A stretch of 64,000 bases of DNA from Bacteroidales bacterium. GTDB taxonomy: Bacteria; Bacteroidota; Bacteroidia; Bacteroidales; WCHB1-69. The translations under genes and the position numbers were made by a program. Of this stretch, positions 44,234 through 52,138 are shown piece after piece. How positions within the stretch are numbered: the first letter of the stretch is position 1; the number at the start of each line of letters is the position of its first letter. The notes under the pieces were generated by a model that worked only from the letters and a program-made list of their open reading frames with translations, was not told where the DNA came from and ran no database searches. Location: the NCBI GenBank assembly GCA_045598025.1, contig JAZLLH010000060.1, forward strand, positions 10,553 to 74,552, in the 5' to 3' direction.

Positions 44234-46444
44234 ATGGATAAGGTAACCATAGTCCCCTTTGCCAAACTGAATACCGGATTCATTGACGGGGAATACATTC
44301 CCAAAGGAAAGGACGAATACTATCTGAGGGAACTGCAAAGCAAAAAAATCATTAAGGTCAGGAACGGATGGCGGCATCTGACATCCAAGGAAATAGAAAT
44401 TCTGGTCAAAAACAACAACGTATCAGACAATTGGGACCAGATTTTCGTTACCGACCCCTTCGAACCCACCCTGATTGTCGGCAACAATTTCCACGGACTC
44501 ATCCGCATCGGATCCATGAGTTACAACGTACTGCAGTATCATGATCTGCAGCTTCCCATAGGCATCACGAACAGCAATATCGTCAGTTGCGACCTGGGAA
44601 ACAATGTAGCGATACATGAAGTCCACTACCTGGCCAACTATATTATCGGCGACCTCTGCATACTGTTCAACATACAGGAAATGAGTGCTACCAACCATGC
44701 CAAATTCGGCAACGGAATCATCAAAAAGGGCGAACCGGAAAACGTCCGGGTGCACATTGAACTGATAAATGAATCCGGTGAGCGCAGCATCCTACCCTTT
44801 GACGGTATCATTACCGGAGATGCCTATATGTGGGCCAAATACATAGACGATGATCCGCTGCAGAAACGCCTGGTTGAAATCACACAGAACACTTTTGACG
44901 ACCGCCGAGGATACTACGGCACCCTCGGCTGCTCCAGCGTCATCAAAAACAGCCTGATCATCAAGGATGCCAAAATAGGAGAATTCTGCTACATCAAAGG
45001 AGCCAGCAAAATCAAAAACATCACCATACACTCCAGCGAGAAGGAACCCACACAAATCGGAGAAGGCTGCATACTGGTCAACGGCATTATCGGCTACGGA
45101 TGCCATATTTTCTATTCCATCACAGCCATACGCTTCATCATCGGAAACAATTCCAATCTGAAATACGGTGCCCGTCTGATCAATTCCTTCATGGGGGACA
45201 ATTCCACCATTTCCTGCTGTGAAGTGCTGAACAACCTTATTTTCCCGGCGCATGAACAGCACCACAACAATTCCTTCCTGATTTCGAGCGTAGTAATGGG
45301 ACAGAGCAATATTGCTGCCGGTGCTACACTGGGATCCAACCACAACAGCCGCACGGCAGACGGCGAGATCCAGGCAGGACGCGGTTTCTGGCCGGGACTT
45401 TGCGCCAGCATCAAACACAATTCCCGCTTTGCCTCCTACACCTTGCTTTCCAAGGCCGATTATCCGGCCGAACTGGACATTCAATTGCCTTTTTCATTGG
45501 TCAACAACAACCAACAGGCCAATGAACTGGAAGTTATGCCCGCCTATTGGTGGATGTACAATATGTTTGCCCTGGCCCGCAATACGGATAAATACCGCAA
45601 ACGCGACAAGCGGGTTTCCAAAGTGCAGCATATTGAATTTGACACCTATGCCCCGGATACCATGGAAGAGGTCATACTGGGACGCAAACTGTTGGAAATC
45701 TTTACAGCCAAGGCCTGGTACAGAGTCCATGGAAAATCCACGGAAAACGTCAGTACGAAAAAATTGAGGGATGTCGGCAAGAAACTGCTCAACAAGGAAC
45801 CGGAAGAAGTCGGCCGTCTGGATATTTTCGGAGACCGCATGGAAAAAAGCAAGCGTAACTGCCGCATACTGAAAGCGTACGAAGCCTATCACGCCTATGG
45901 AGACATGCTGATTCATTACGGAGTCCGCAATGTCATCCGATTCATCGAAGACAACAAAATCACTCATTTCAGTGAAGTAGTCAAGGAATTGGGAAAAAAC
46001 CACCGGCGCCAGAAAATATGGATCAACCTGGGCGGACAAATCATGATGGAAAAGGATTTGGACCACATCCGTACCGACATTGTTTCCGGAACCCTGAACA
46101 GTTGGAAAGACATTCACAAGCGCTATGATGAAATATGGAAACGCTACCCGACCGACAAACAGAGCCATGCCTACCTCTCGCTCTGCTATCTGCTGGAAAC
46201 GCACAATCTGACCGAGATTCAGTGGAAAGACATGCTGAAGGAAGCATTACGAATACAGCAATTCATCTGCGATCAGGTATTTGAATCCCGCAACAAGGAT
46301 TACAGCAATCCGTTCCGCCACATCACCACGCGCAACGAAGCCGAATTCCTGAAACTCTACGGTAAAATTGAGGACATCAGTTTTGTCCGACAGACAAAAG
46401 AAGAAACGGAAGCCTTCATACAGAAGATAAATTCCCTGTTGTAA
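44234..46444 (+). CDS. Large protein of unknown function with central left-handed beta-helix-like repeats (DUF4954-like from memory)
   Basis: 736 aa. Hexapeptide-like repeats fall between about residues 230 and 390 (IGEFCYIKGASKIKNITIH, IGEGCILVNGIIGYGCHIF, IGNNSNLKYGARLINSFMGDNSTIS, IAAGATLGSNHNSR). The C-terminal ~300 aa are helical. It starts 7 nt after the nitroreductase stop. Confidence 0.6.
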   Translation: MDKVTIVPFAKLNTGFIDGEYIPKGKDEYYLRELQSKKIIKVRNGWRHLTSKEIEILVKNNNVSDNWDQIFVTDPFEPTLIVGNNFHGLIRIGSMSYNVLQYHDLQLPIGITNSNIVSCDLGNNVAIHEVHYLANYIIGDLCILFNIQEMSATNHAKFGNGIIKKGEPENVRVHIELINESGERSILPFDGIITGDAYMWAKYIDDDPLQKRLVEITQNTFDDRRGYYGTLGCSSVIKNSLIIKDAKIGEFCYIKGASKIKNITIHSSEKEPTQIGEGCILVNGIIGYGCHIFYSITAIRFIIGNNSNLKYGARLINSFMGDNSTISCCEVLNNLIFPAHEQHHNNSFLISSVVMGQSNIAAGATLGSNHNSRTADGEIQAGRGFWPGLCASIKHNSRFASYTLLSKADYPAELDIQLPFSLVNNNQQANELEVMPAYWWMYNMFALARNTDKYRKRDKRVSKVQHIEFDTYAPDTMEEVILGRKLLEIFTAKAWYRVHGKSTENVSTKKLRDVGKKLLNKEPEEVGRLDIFGDRMEKSKRNCRILKAYEAYHAYGDMLIHYGVRNVIRFIEDNKITHFSEVVKELGKNHRRQKIWINLGGQIMMEKDLDHIRTDIVSGTLNSWKDIHKRYDEIWKRYPTDKQSHAYLSLCYLLETHNLTEIQWKDMLKEALRIQQFICDQVFESRNKDYSNPFRHITTRNEAEFLKLYGKIEDISFVRQTKEETEAFIQKINSLL

Positions 46445-46454
46445 AATAGCAAAA

Positions 46455-46484
46455 AGAGGGTGTCCTTTAAACACTCTCTTTTTT
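46455..46484 (+). terminator. Rho-independent terminator after the 736-aa gene
   Basis: The 9-bp stem AGAGGGTGT (46455-46463) / ACACTCTCT (46471-46479) has one G-T wobble and a 7-nt loop, followed by a T6 run. A5 precedes the stem, so it could work in both directions. Confidence 0.7.
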
Positions 46485-46558
46485 ACTGTTTGGTTAATGT
46501 GTTTATTCTTCGCACATGTTATTATGACCGGAAAGATATGCGGAAAAGGGTTTTCACT

Positions 46559-46587
46559 CCATGGATACAATGTGCCATGAATACAAT
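46559..46587. repeat. Direct repeat CCATG(G/A)ATACAAT x2, 16-nt period
   Basis: CCATGGATACAAT (46559-46571) and CCATGAATACAAT (46575-46587) differ at one position and are separated by GTG. Confidence 0.6.
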
Positions 46588-46663
46588 TCTTTTCCAGGTA
46601 GAAAAAAAGACAAATGCACACAGAATGGATGTGAATAGAATGTAAATCGTCATTTCAATGCAC

Positions 46664-46693
46664 AAAAAAAGCGGCGCAAGCGCCGCTTTTTTT
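46664..46693 (-). terminator. Rho-independent terminator (bidirectional shape) after the 46710-47174 gene
   Basis: The stem GCGGCG (46671-46676) / CGCCGC (46681-46686) has a CAAG tetraloop. It is flanked by A7 (46664-46670) and T7 (46687-46693). Confidence 0.8.
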
Positions 46694-46709
46694 GTTACAC
46701 TGAAAATGT

Positions 46710-47174
46710 TTATTTTTTGTTGTTCAGTCTGTTGGAAATAGCGTTGGCAGCAGCCTTGGCACCTTCGTCAACGGCTTTTTTACCGGCAGCGGCAGCTTTT
46801 TCCTTCACGCAACGATTGTATTCAGCTTTCATTTCAGCCTGGAAATCGGCATCGTTCATGTAGGCGGCATAGGTCTGTTCCAGGATGGCCTTGATGCAGG
46901 CTTCCACGGAAGCGGGATCAGTCTGATAGCAGTTGCATTTTGCACGACCGGCTTCGCGAGCTTTGGAAAGAATTTCTTCCTTGTTGGCAGCGGGAGCTTC
47001 AACAACTTCAGCGGCTTCTGCAGGAGCAGCTTCCACTTCTTCGACAACGGCTTCTTCTTCCACGACGGTGGAGTCGATAGCTTCAACTTCTTCTTCCGTG
47101 TTCTTGTTTCCGCAGGAAACAGCGATAGCAGCTGCGAACAGCATGCTTCCGAAAATCATAATTCCTTTTTTCAT
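46710..47174 (-). CDS. Hypothetical acidic lipoprotein
   Basis: 154 aa with the lipobox AAAIAVSCGN and a Glu/Ala/Val-rich low-complexity segment (EEEVEAIDSTVVEEEAVVEEVEAAPAEAAEVVEAPAA). The C-terminal domain is helical. Confidence 0.6.
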   Translation of the reverse strand: MKKGIMIFGSMLFAAAIAVSCGNKNTEEEVEAIDSTVVEEEAVVEEVEAAPAEAAEVVEAPAANKEEILSKAREAGRAKCNCYQTDPASVEACIKAILEQTYAAYMNDADFQAEMKAEYNRCVKEKAAAAGKKAVDEGAKAAANAISNRLNNKK

Positions 47175-47227
47175 GTTTGTTTTTTTTTTAGATGTTTTTA
47201 ATTGTTTTCAATTCGTGAAAAATTTTG

Positions 47228-47235
47228 CAAAAGTA
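47228..47235 (-). promoter_or_regulatory. Bacteroidetes-type -7 promoter box (TAnnTTTG)
   Basis: The minus strand reads TACTTTTG, 53 nt upstream of ATG 47174. Confidence 0.5.
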
Positions 47236-47279
47236 TACAAATACTGCATACGAAATTGCGCTTTTTTGATTTTTTTTTT

Positions 47280-47978
47280 TTACAGTTCCCCCTTGCTCAA
47301 AACTTTAAACAGAGATCGGACCTCATCCTCATCCGTTTCCAGATAGGATGCATCCTTGGAAAGTTTCTTGCAGGAAGCATGCAGTTCATCCACCCCGGTG
47401 ATACTGGCAATCTCCGCTGCGTTGGCAGACGCAATACCTGCCCCGGCCATAATGAGTATACGATCTGCCGCCTGCTCTTTCAGACGACGAAGCATTCCCA
47501 GCCCCTGATAGGCATTTTTTTCACCTCCGGAAGTCAACAGCCTGTGACAACCGCAGGCAATAACATCCTCCAAAGCCTTTTCCTTGTCGACGGCAAGGTC
47601 AAAAGCTCTATGAAATGTCACTTCCATGGGTGCCGCCAGACGGACGATTTCCCGGGTGCGCTCCATATCCACACTCCGGTCCGCACGCAGAAAACCTGTC
47701 ACAACGGCAGATACACCCAACTGCTTACATACCTGTACATCCTGCTTCATCACCTCGTATTCTGCCTCCGTATAGCAAAAGGAACCCGCACGGCTTCTGA
47801 TCAGCACGTGCGTACGCAACTGCAAGGTCTTTACACAATAATTGATCAGGGCCAAGGAAGGCGTTACTCCTCCCGACTCCAACGCTCCGCACAATTCAAC
47901 GCGCACGGCACCGGCCTTTTTTGCATTCAGGGCCGATTGGGCCGATGCTACACAGATTTCGATATGGGATATGTCCAT
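47280..47978 (-). CDS. cutC: Copper homeostasis protein CutC
   Basis: 232 aa with IEICVASAQSALNAKKAGAVRVELC and VTFHRAFD, which are CutC family blocks. Confidence 0.85.
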   Translation of the reverse strand: MDISHIEICVASAQSALNAKKAGAVRVELCGALESGGVTPSLALINYCVKTLQLRTHVLIRSRAGSFCYTEAEYEVMKQDVQVCKQLGVSAVVTGFLRADRSVDMERTREIVRLAAPMEVTFHRAFDLAVDKEKALEDVIACGCHRLLTSGGEKNAYQGLGMLRRLKEQAADRILIMAGAGIASANAAEIASITGVDELHASCKKLSKDASYLETDEDEVRSLFKVLSKGEL

Positions 47979-47989
47979 TGGTTTAAGTA

Positions 47990-48808
47990 TTAAATAATGT
48001 CTACGATTTCCGGATAGGAAATTTCCCGCAAAAAGGCATAGGCCCCTTCATCATAGGGTAATTCCTCCGGCTGATGCGCATCGTTTCCGACCACGACGGG
48101 TATGCGCATTTCCTTCATGCGCCGGATTATGGAACGGGAAGGATAGAAATCCGGATGACGGCCCTTGTAAAGACCGCGTGTATTGATCTCGCACAGGCAA
48201 CCGCTCTCCCGGATGAGTTCCAGGGTTTCGCTCACCAGGGAGACGTACCAAGGTTCATCCGCATGAAAATAACGGTTGCGGTTATGCATTTCTATTTTGT
48301 TGAAATGTCCGACGATGTCTGGCTTCTGCGTCTGAATCATTTCGTTGTTCTGCTCGTAAAACGCTTTGACTCCGGCACGGATATCTCCGCCGAATACAGA
48401 CTGCAGGCCTTCATCATAACGTTCGTAGCGGCTGCCGTCTATGGACCAGAAATCCGTTCCCTTGTCCCTATTGACAATATGGACGGAACCTATACAATAA
48501 TCAAGACCGCACTCCTTTTTCAGGGAAGAAAAATCATCCATGACTCCGGGAATGTAGTCGATTTCCAATCCCAAAGAGAGGCGGATACGTCCGGCATACT
48601 CCTGCTGACATTTCCGGACTTCGGACACGTAGGCGGAAAGCTGCTCGGGACGAATGGCGAATTTGTTTTCGAAAGGGACCGGTGCATGACCGGAAAAACC
48701 GAGATGGGTGAATCCGCAGAGGAGCGCCTCCTCCACATAATCCTTCAATTCGCCCTTTCCGTCGCAATAATGGGAATGCGTATGGTAATTGGAATGTATC
48801 TGCATCAT
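47990..48808 (-). CDS. Histidinol-phosphatase, HisJ/PHP family
   Basis: ORF 47990-48868. The likely start is ATG 48808 (MMQIHSNYHTHSHYCDG, the PHP domain H-x-H motif). It also has GFSGHAP, GSVH and NDAH motifs. Confidence 0.8.
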   Translation of the reverse strand: MMQIHSNYHTHSHYCDGKGELKDYVEEALLCGFTHLGFSGHAPVPFENKFAIRPEQLSAYVSEVRKCQQEYAGRIRLSLGLEIDYIPGVMDDFSSLKKECGLDYCIGSVHIVNRDKGTDFWSIDGSRYERYDEGLQSVFGGDIRAGVKAFYEQNNEMIQTQKPDIVGHFNKIEMHNRNRYFHADEPWYVSLVSETLELIRESGCLCEINTRGLYKGRHPDFYPSRSIIRRMKEMRIPVVVGNDAHQPEELPYDEGAYAFLREISYPEIVDII

Positions 48809-48810
48809 TT

Positions 48811-49392
48811 TCAACTGTTCGTATCGGAAATAATACGGTCTCTGTTTCGGTTCAGGAATTGCTCCCACCCCTTGGACCCGCCGGAAGAAGGAACGAAAGA
48901 GGTACTTTCGTAATGATGGCAGAGCGCGATGCCGAGAGCATCCGTTGCATCCAGATAGGCAGGAGTTTCCGAAACATTCAGTATGCGCGCCAGCATGGCG
49001 GCCAACTGTTCTTTGGAAGCATTGCCGTTGCCGGTAACAGCCTGTTTGACCTTACGCGGCGTATACTCGAACACCGGAATCTCCCGGTGCAATGCAACCG
49101 CCATGGCAATGCCCTGCGCCCTACCCAACTTCAGCATGGACTGCACATTTTTACCATAGAAAGGTTCTTCTATGGCCAGCACATCCGGATGGAAACGGTC
49201 GACCAAGGTACTCACGTCCTCAAATATCTCTTTCAGCCGCAAGGCCATGGAATTTTTAGAGGAAAAAGTCAGGGCTCCCATTTCAAGGACACGCAACTGC
49301 TTCTGCTTCACTTCCAGAAATGCATACCCCATGACGCGGGTGCCGGGGTCAATCCCCATAATAATCTGTTCCGATACGTTTTCCTGTTTCAT
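48811..49392 (-). CDS. ruvC: Crossover junction endodeoxyribonuclease RuvC
   Basis: 193 aa with IIMGIDPGTRVMGYA, LAIEEPFYGKNVQS and ATDALGIALCH, which give the RuvC catalytic Asp/Glu contexts. Confidence 0.92.
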   Translation of the reverse strand: MKQENVSEQIIMGIDPGTRVMGYAFLEVKQKQLRVLEMGALTFSSKNSMALRLKEIFEDVSTLVDRFHPDVLAIEEPFYGKNVQSMLKLGRAQGIAMAVALHREIPVFEYTPRKVKQAVTGNGNASKEQLAAMLARILNVSETPAYLDATDALGIALCHHYESTSFVPSSGGSKGWEQFLNRNRDRIISDTNS

Positions 49393-49393
49393 A

Positions 49394-49438
49394 ACAAAAA
49401 AAAGAGACGCCGGAACGCCTGGCTCCGTGCGTCTCTTT
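49394..49438 (-). terminator. Rho-independent terminator after serA, ending 8 nt before the ruvC ATG
   Basis: The 10-bp outer stem AAAGAGACGC (49401-49410) / GCGTCTCTTT (49429-49438) is extended by a 4-bp inner stem, CGGA/TCCG, with a 1-nt bulge. On the minus strand it is followed by TTTTTGTT and then ATG. Confidence 0.7.
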
Positions 49439-49453
49439 ACCGTAGGATGAATC

Positions 49454-50374
49454 CTATTTGTTCACCTGGAATTTGGTGCAACCGGTAGCAAAGAAATTGC
49501 TGATCTGATCGGCAGCGGCCAAACCGGCATTGATATTGGCTTCTTCCGTCTGAGCACCCATTTTTTTCGGGGTGGCGAAATAGCGGCCTTCAAATGCTTT
49601 GAAATCGGCGTCGGCATCCGGCATGATGTCGGTGATGTATTTGAGGTCGGTACGTTCGGCCATCAATTTCAGCAGTTCGGCTTCGTTGATGACTTCCTTA
49701 CGGGCACTGTTGACCAGAATACCACCCTTGTGCATCTTGCCTACGAGAGCATAATTGATGCTCTGCTTGGTTTCGGCGGTAGCCGGAATGTGCAGGGAAA
49801 CTACGTCGCAGGTTTCGAACAAAGCTTCCTGATTGGCCACGGCAGTAGCAATGCCGGAAGCATTGATCTGTTCGGCGGTCAGGAATGCATCGTACGCATA
49901 CACTTCCATACCGAAACCTTTGGCGATACGGGCCACGTTACGTCCGACATTACCGAAAGCAAGGATACCGAGTTTCTTGCCCATCAGTTCGGAACCGGAT
50001 TTGCCGTTGTAGAAATTACGGACAGCGTATACCAGCATACCCATCACCAATTCGGCGACAGCGTTGGAGTTCTGTCCCGGAGTGTTCATGGCCACAATGC
50101 CACGGGCGGTGCAGGCTTCGAGGTCGAGGTTGTCATAACCTGCTCCAGCACGCACGACGATTTTCAGATTCCTGGCATGATCGATGACTTCCTTCGTCAC
50201 TTTGTCGGAACGGACGATCAGTGCGTCAGCGTCGGCAACAGCTGCGTAGAAATCATTGACATCGGTATATTTTTCCAATAAAGCCAAGGTGTGGCCGTTC
50301 TTTTCAACTACTTCGCGAATGCCGTCAACGGCAACTTTTGCAAAAGGTTTTTCAGTTGCTACTAAAACTTTCAT
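49454..50374 (-). CDS. serA: D-3-phosphoglycerate dehydrogenase (D-2-hydroxyacid dehydrogenase family)
   Basis: ORF 49454-50470. The likely start is ATG 50374 (MKVLVATEKPF). It has an NAD-binding segment (GILAFGNVGRNVA) and sits next to serC. Confidence 0.8.
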   Translation of the reverse strand: MKVLVATEKPFAKVAVDGIREVVEKNGHTLALLEKYTDVNDFYAAVADADALIVRSDKVTKEVIDHARNLKIVVRAGAGYDNLDLEACTARGIVAMNTPGQNSNAVAELVMGMLVYAVRNFYNGKSGSELMGKKLGILAFGNVGRNVARIAKGFGMEVYAYDAFLTAEQINASGIATAVANQEALFETCDVVSLHIPATAETKQSINYALVGKMHKGGILVNSARKEVINEAELLKLMAERTDLKYITDIMPDADADFKAFEGRYFATPKKMGAQTEEANINAGLAAADQISNFFATGCTKFQVNK

Positions 50375-50436
50375 GTTTATGTTTTTTGTGTGACCGGCAT
50401 TGCGCCGGTCACTGTTCACTGACTTGTAATTATTAA

Positions 50437-51555
50437 TTATTTGTTGGCTTTTTCGAAATCCTGCATGCACTGTACCAGGGCTTCAACGGCTTCGATGGTG
50501 CAGGCATTGTACAGGCTGGCGCGGAAACCGCCGACACTGCGGTGACCCTTGATACCGACCATGCCGCGTTCTTTTGCGAATGCCATGAAAGCATCCTGCA
50601 GGTTTTCACGACCTTCGGCCATGACCCAGCAGTGGTTCATGATGGAACGGTCTTCCTTGCATTCCACGGTGCCGCGGAACATGCTGTTGCGGTCGATTTC
50701 TTCGTACAGCATAGCGGATTTTTTCAGGTTGATCTTGTTCATTTCAGCCACACCGCCGATGGTGTTCTTCACCCACTTCAAGGTTTCGTGCATGACGAAA
50801 ATCGGAAGTACGGGAGGCGTATTGAACATGGAAATGTTCTTGGCTTCTTCCACAGCGTGAGTACGGTAATCCACCATGGTAGGCAGCGGATTCATATACT
50901 GACGGTCGGTAATTTTGCCGAGGATGTCTTTGCGGACAATGACGAAGGTAACACCGGCAGGACCGACATTCTTCTGGGCACCACCGTAAATCAGACCGTA
51001 TTTGGTCACGTCCACGGGACGGCTCATGATATCGGAACTCATGTCAGCGACCAGCATGACGTTGTTGATTTCGCTGGCGGCGAAGTCCTTGCGGATTTCC
51101 GTTCCGTAAATGGTATTGTTCGTCGTGATGTGGAAATAATCGGCATCGGCAGGAACAGTCCATCCTTTGGGAATATAGCTGTAGGTCTTGTCTTCAGAAG
51201 AAGCAACGATAACGGTTTCACCGAAATTTTTGGCTTCTTTGGCGGCTTTCTTTGCCCAGACGCCCGTCTGCAGATAGGCAGCCTTTTTGTTCAACAGATT
51301 GGCAGGAACCGTCATGAACTGGGTGCTGGCACCACCACCGAGGAACAATACTTCGTATTCGGCAGGAATGTTCAGCAGTTCACGCCACAACTGACGGGTT
51401 TCTTCCATGGTACGTTCCCAACCCGGAGTGCGGTGGGAGATTTCCATCAGACCGATACCGGTGTTGTCAAAATCACGGATGGCGTTGATAGTAGATTCAA
51501 CGGCCTCTTTCGGCAGTACGCAGGGACCTGCATTGAAATTATAAGCTGTTTTCAT
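50437..51555 (-). CDS. serC: Phosphoserine aminotransferase
   Basis: ORF 50437-51594. The likely start is ATG 51555 ([15 protein letters not shown]). The PLP-lysine context [13 protein letters not shown] and the SerC-like length support the call. Confidence 0.92.
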   Translation of the reverse strand: MKTAYNFNAGPCVLPKEAVESTINAIRDFDNTGIGLMEISHRTPGWERTMEETRQLWRELLNIPAEYEVLFLGGGASTQFMTVPANLLNKKAAYLQTGVWAKKAAKEAKNFGETVIVASSEDKTYSYIPKGWTVPADADYFHITTNNTIYGTEIRKDFAASEINNVMLVADMSSDIMSRPVDVTKYGLIYGGAQKNVGPAGVTFVIVRKDILGKITDRQYMNPLPTMVDYRTHAVEEAKNISMFNTPPVLPIFVMHETLKWVKNTIGGVAEMNKINLKKSAMLYEEIDRNSMFRGTVECKEDRSIMNHCWVMAEGRENLQDAFMAFAKERGMVGIKGHRSVGGFRASLYNACTIEAVEALVQCMQDFEKANK

Positions 51556-51584
51556 GTCTTTTATTTTGGATTTTAAATGGTTAA

Positions 51585-51959
51585 TTATTTGCAAATGATT
51601 TCGATATTTTCCACTTGTTCACCGGCCACCTTGTAGCTCTTGGTGCGGGAAGTATAGGTTACAGGCTGTGCAAACAATTCCGTGTCCGTGTAGGAGGCCG
51701 AAATCTGGTAGGTACCGTCAGGGACAGCGGTGAAAGCGAAACTTCCGTCACTCTTTGCCGTGATTTTTTTGATATAGGCTTCTGCCGTGGAATTGTGCAG
51801 ATACAGCGTGGCGCCATGGGCGACATTGGTTTCTTCCAGATCGCCGTCATAGAATTTGACTACACCCTGAAGGGTATTATTGTCCTTCACTTCTTCGGGC
51901 TTGCAAGCGGTAAGGGCCACAGTGCAGCCGACTAATAAAAACAAAAAGAGCTTTTTCAT
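51585..51959 (-). CDS. Hypothetical lipoprotein (carboxypeptidase-regulatory-like beta-sandwich)
   Basis: 124 aa with the lipobox [14 protein letters not shown]...[21 protein letters not shown] resembles CarboxypepD_reg-type domains. Confidence 0.6.
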   Translation of the reverse strand: MKKLFLFLLVGCTVALTACKPEEVKDNNTLQGVVKFYDGDLEETNVAHGATLYLHNSTAEAYIKKITAKSDGSFAFTAVPDGTYQISASYTDTELFAQPVTYTSRTKSYKVAGEQVENIEIICK

Positions 51960-51989
51960 GTGCTATTGGTTTATGGTTAAAAACTGCTG

Positions 51990-51997
51990 CAAAGATA
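51990..51997 (-). promoter_or_regulatory. Bacteroidetes-type -7 promoter box (TAnnTTTG)
   Basis: The minus strand reads TATCTTTG, 30 nt upstream of ATG 51959. Confidence 0.5.
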
Positions 51998-52070
51998 GTC
52001 ATATTTCCAACATGAAGTGCCATTTTCCAAATTTAATTTTCACCACAGCAAAACCTATCTCCATTTTGTA

Positions 52071-52078
52071 TAATTTTG
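52071..52078 (+). promoter_or_regulatory. Bacteroidetes-type -7 promoter box (TAnnTTTG)
   Basis: TAATTTTG lies 60 nt upstream of ATG 52139. Confidence 0.45.
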
Positions 52079-52138
52079 CACCCTCGCATGCCTGCACCGG
52101 CAGCCTTTCCGAACAGAAAAACAAAAAAAGAGAGATTC

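Noticed and set aside
46247-46621. 124-aa minus-strand ORF and 61-aa plus-strand ORF (46460-46645) in the spacer after the 736-aa gene
   Set aside because: The 124-aa ORF runs through the 46455-46484 terminator and into the antisense of a real gene. The 61-aa ORF starts at GTG inside the terminator stem. Neither has supporting signals.
47202-47993. 263-aa plus-strand ORF opposite cutC
   Set aside because: It is an antisense shadow. The minus-strand product matches CutC blocks.
50542-51576. 344-aa plus-strand ORF opposite serC
   Set aside because: It is an antisense shadow of serC.
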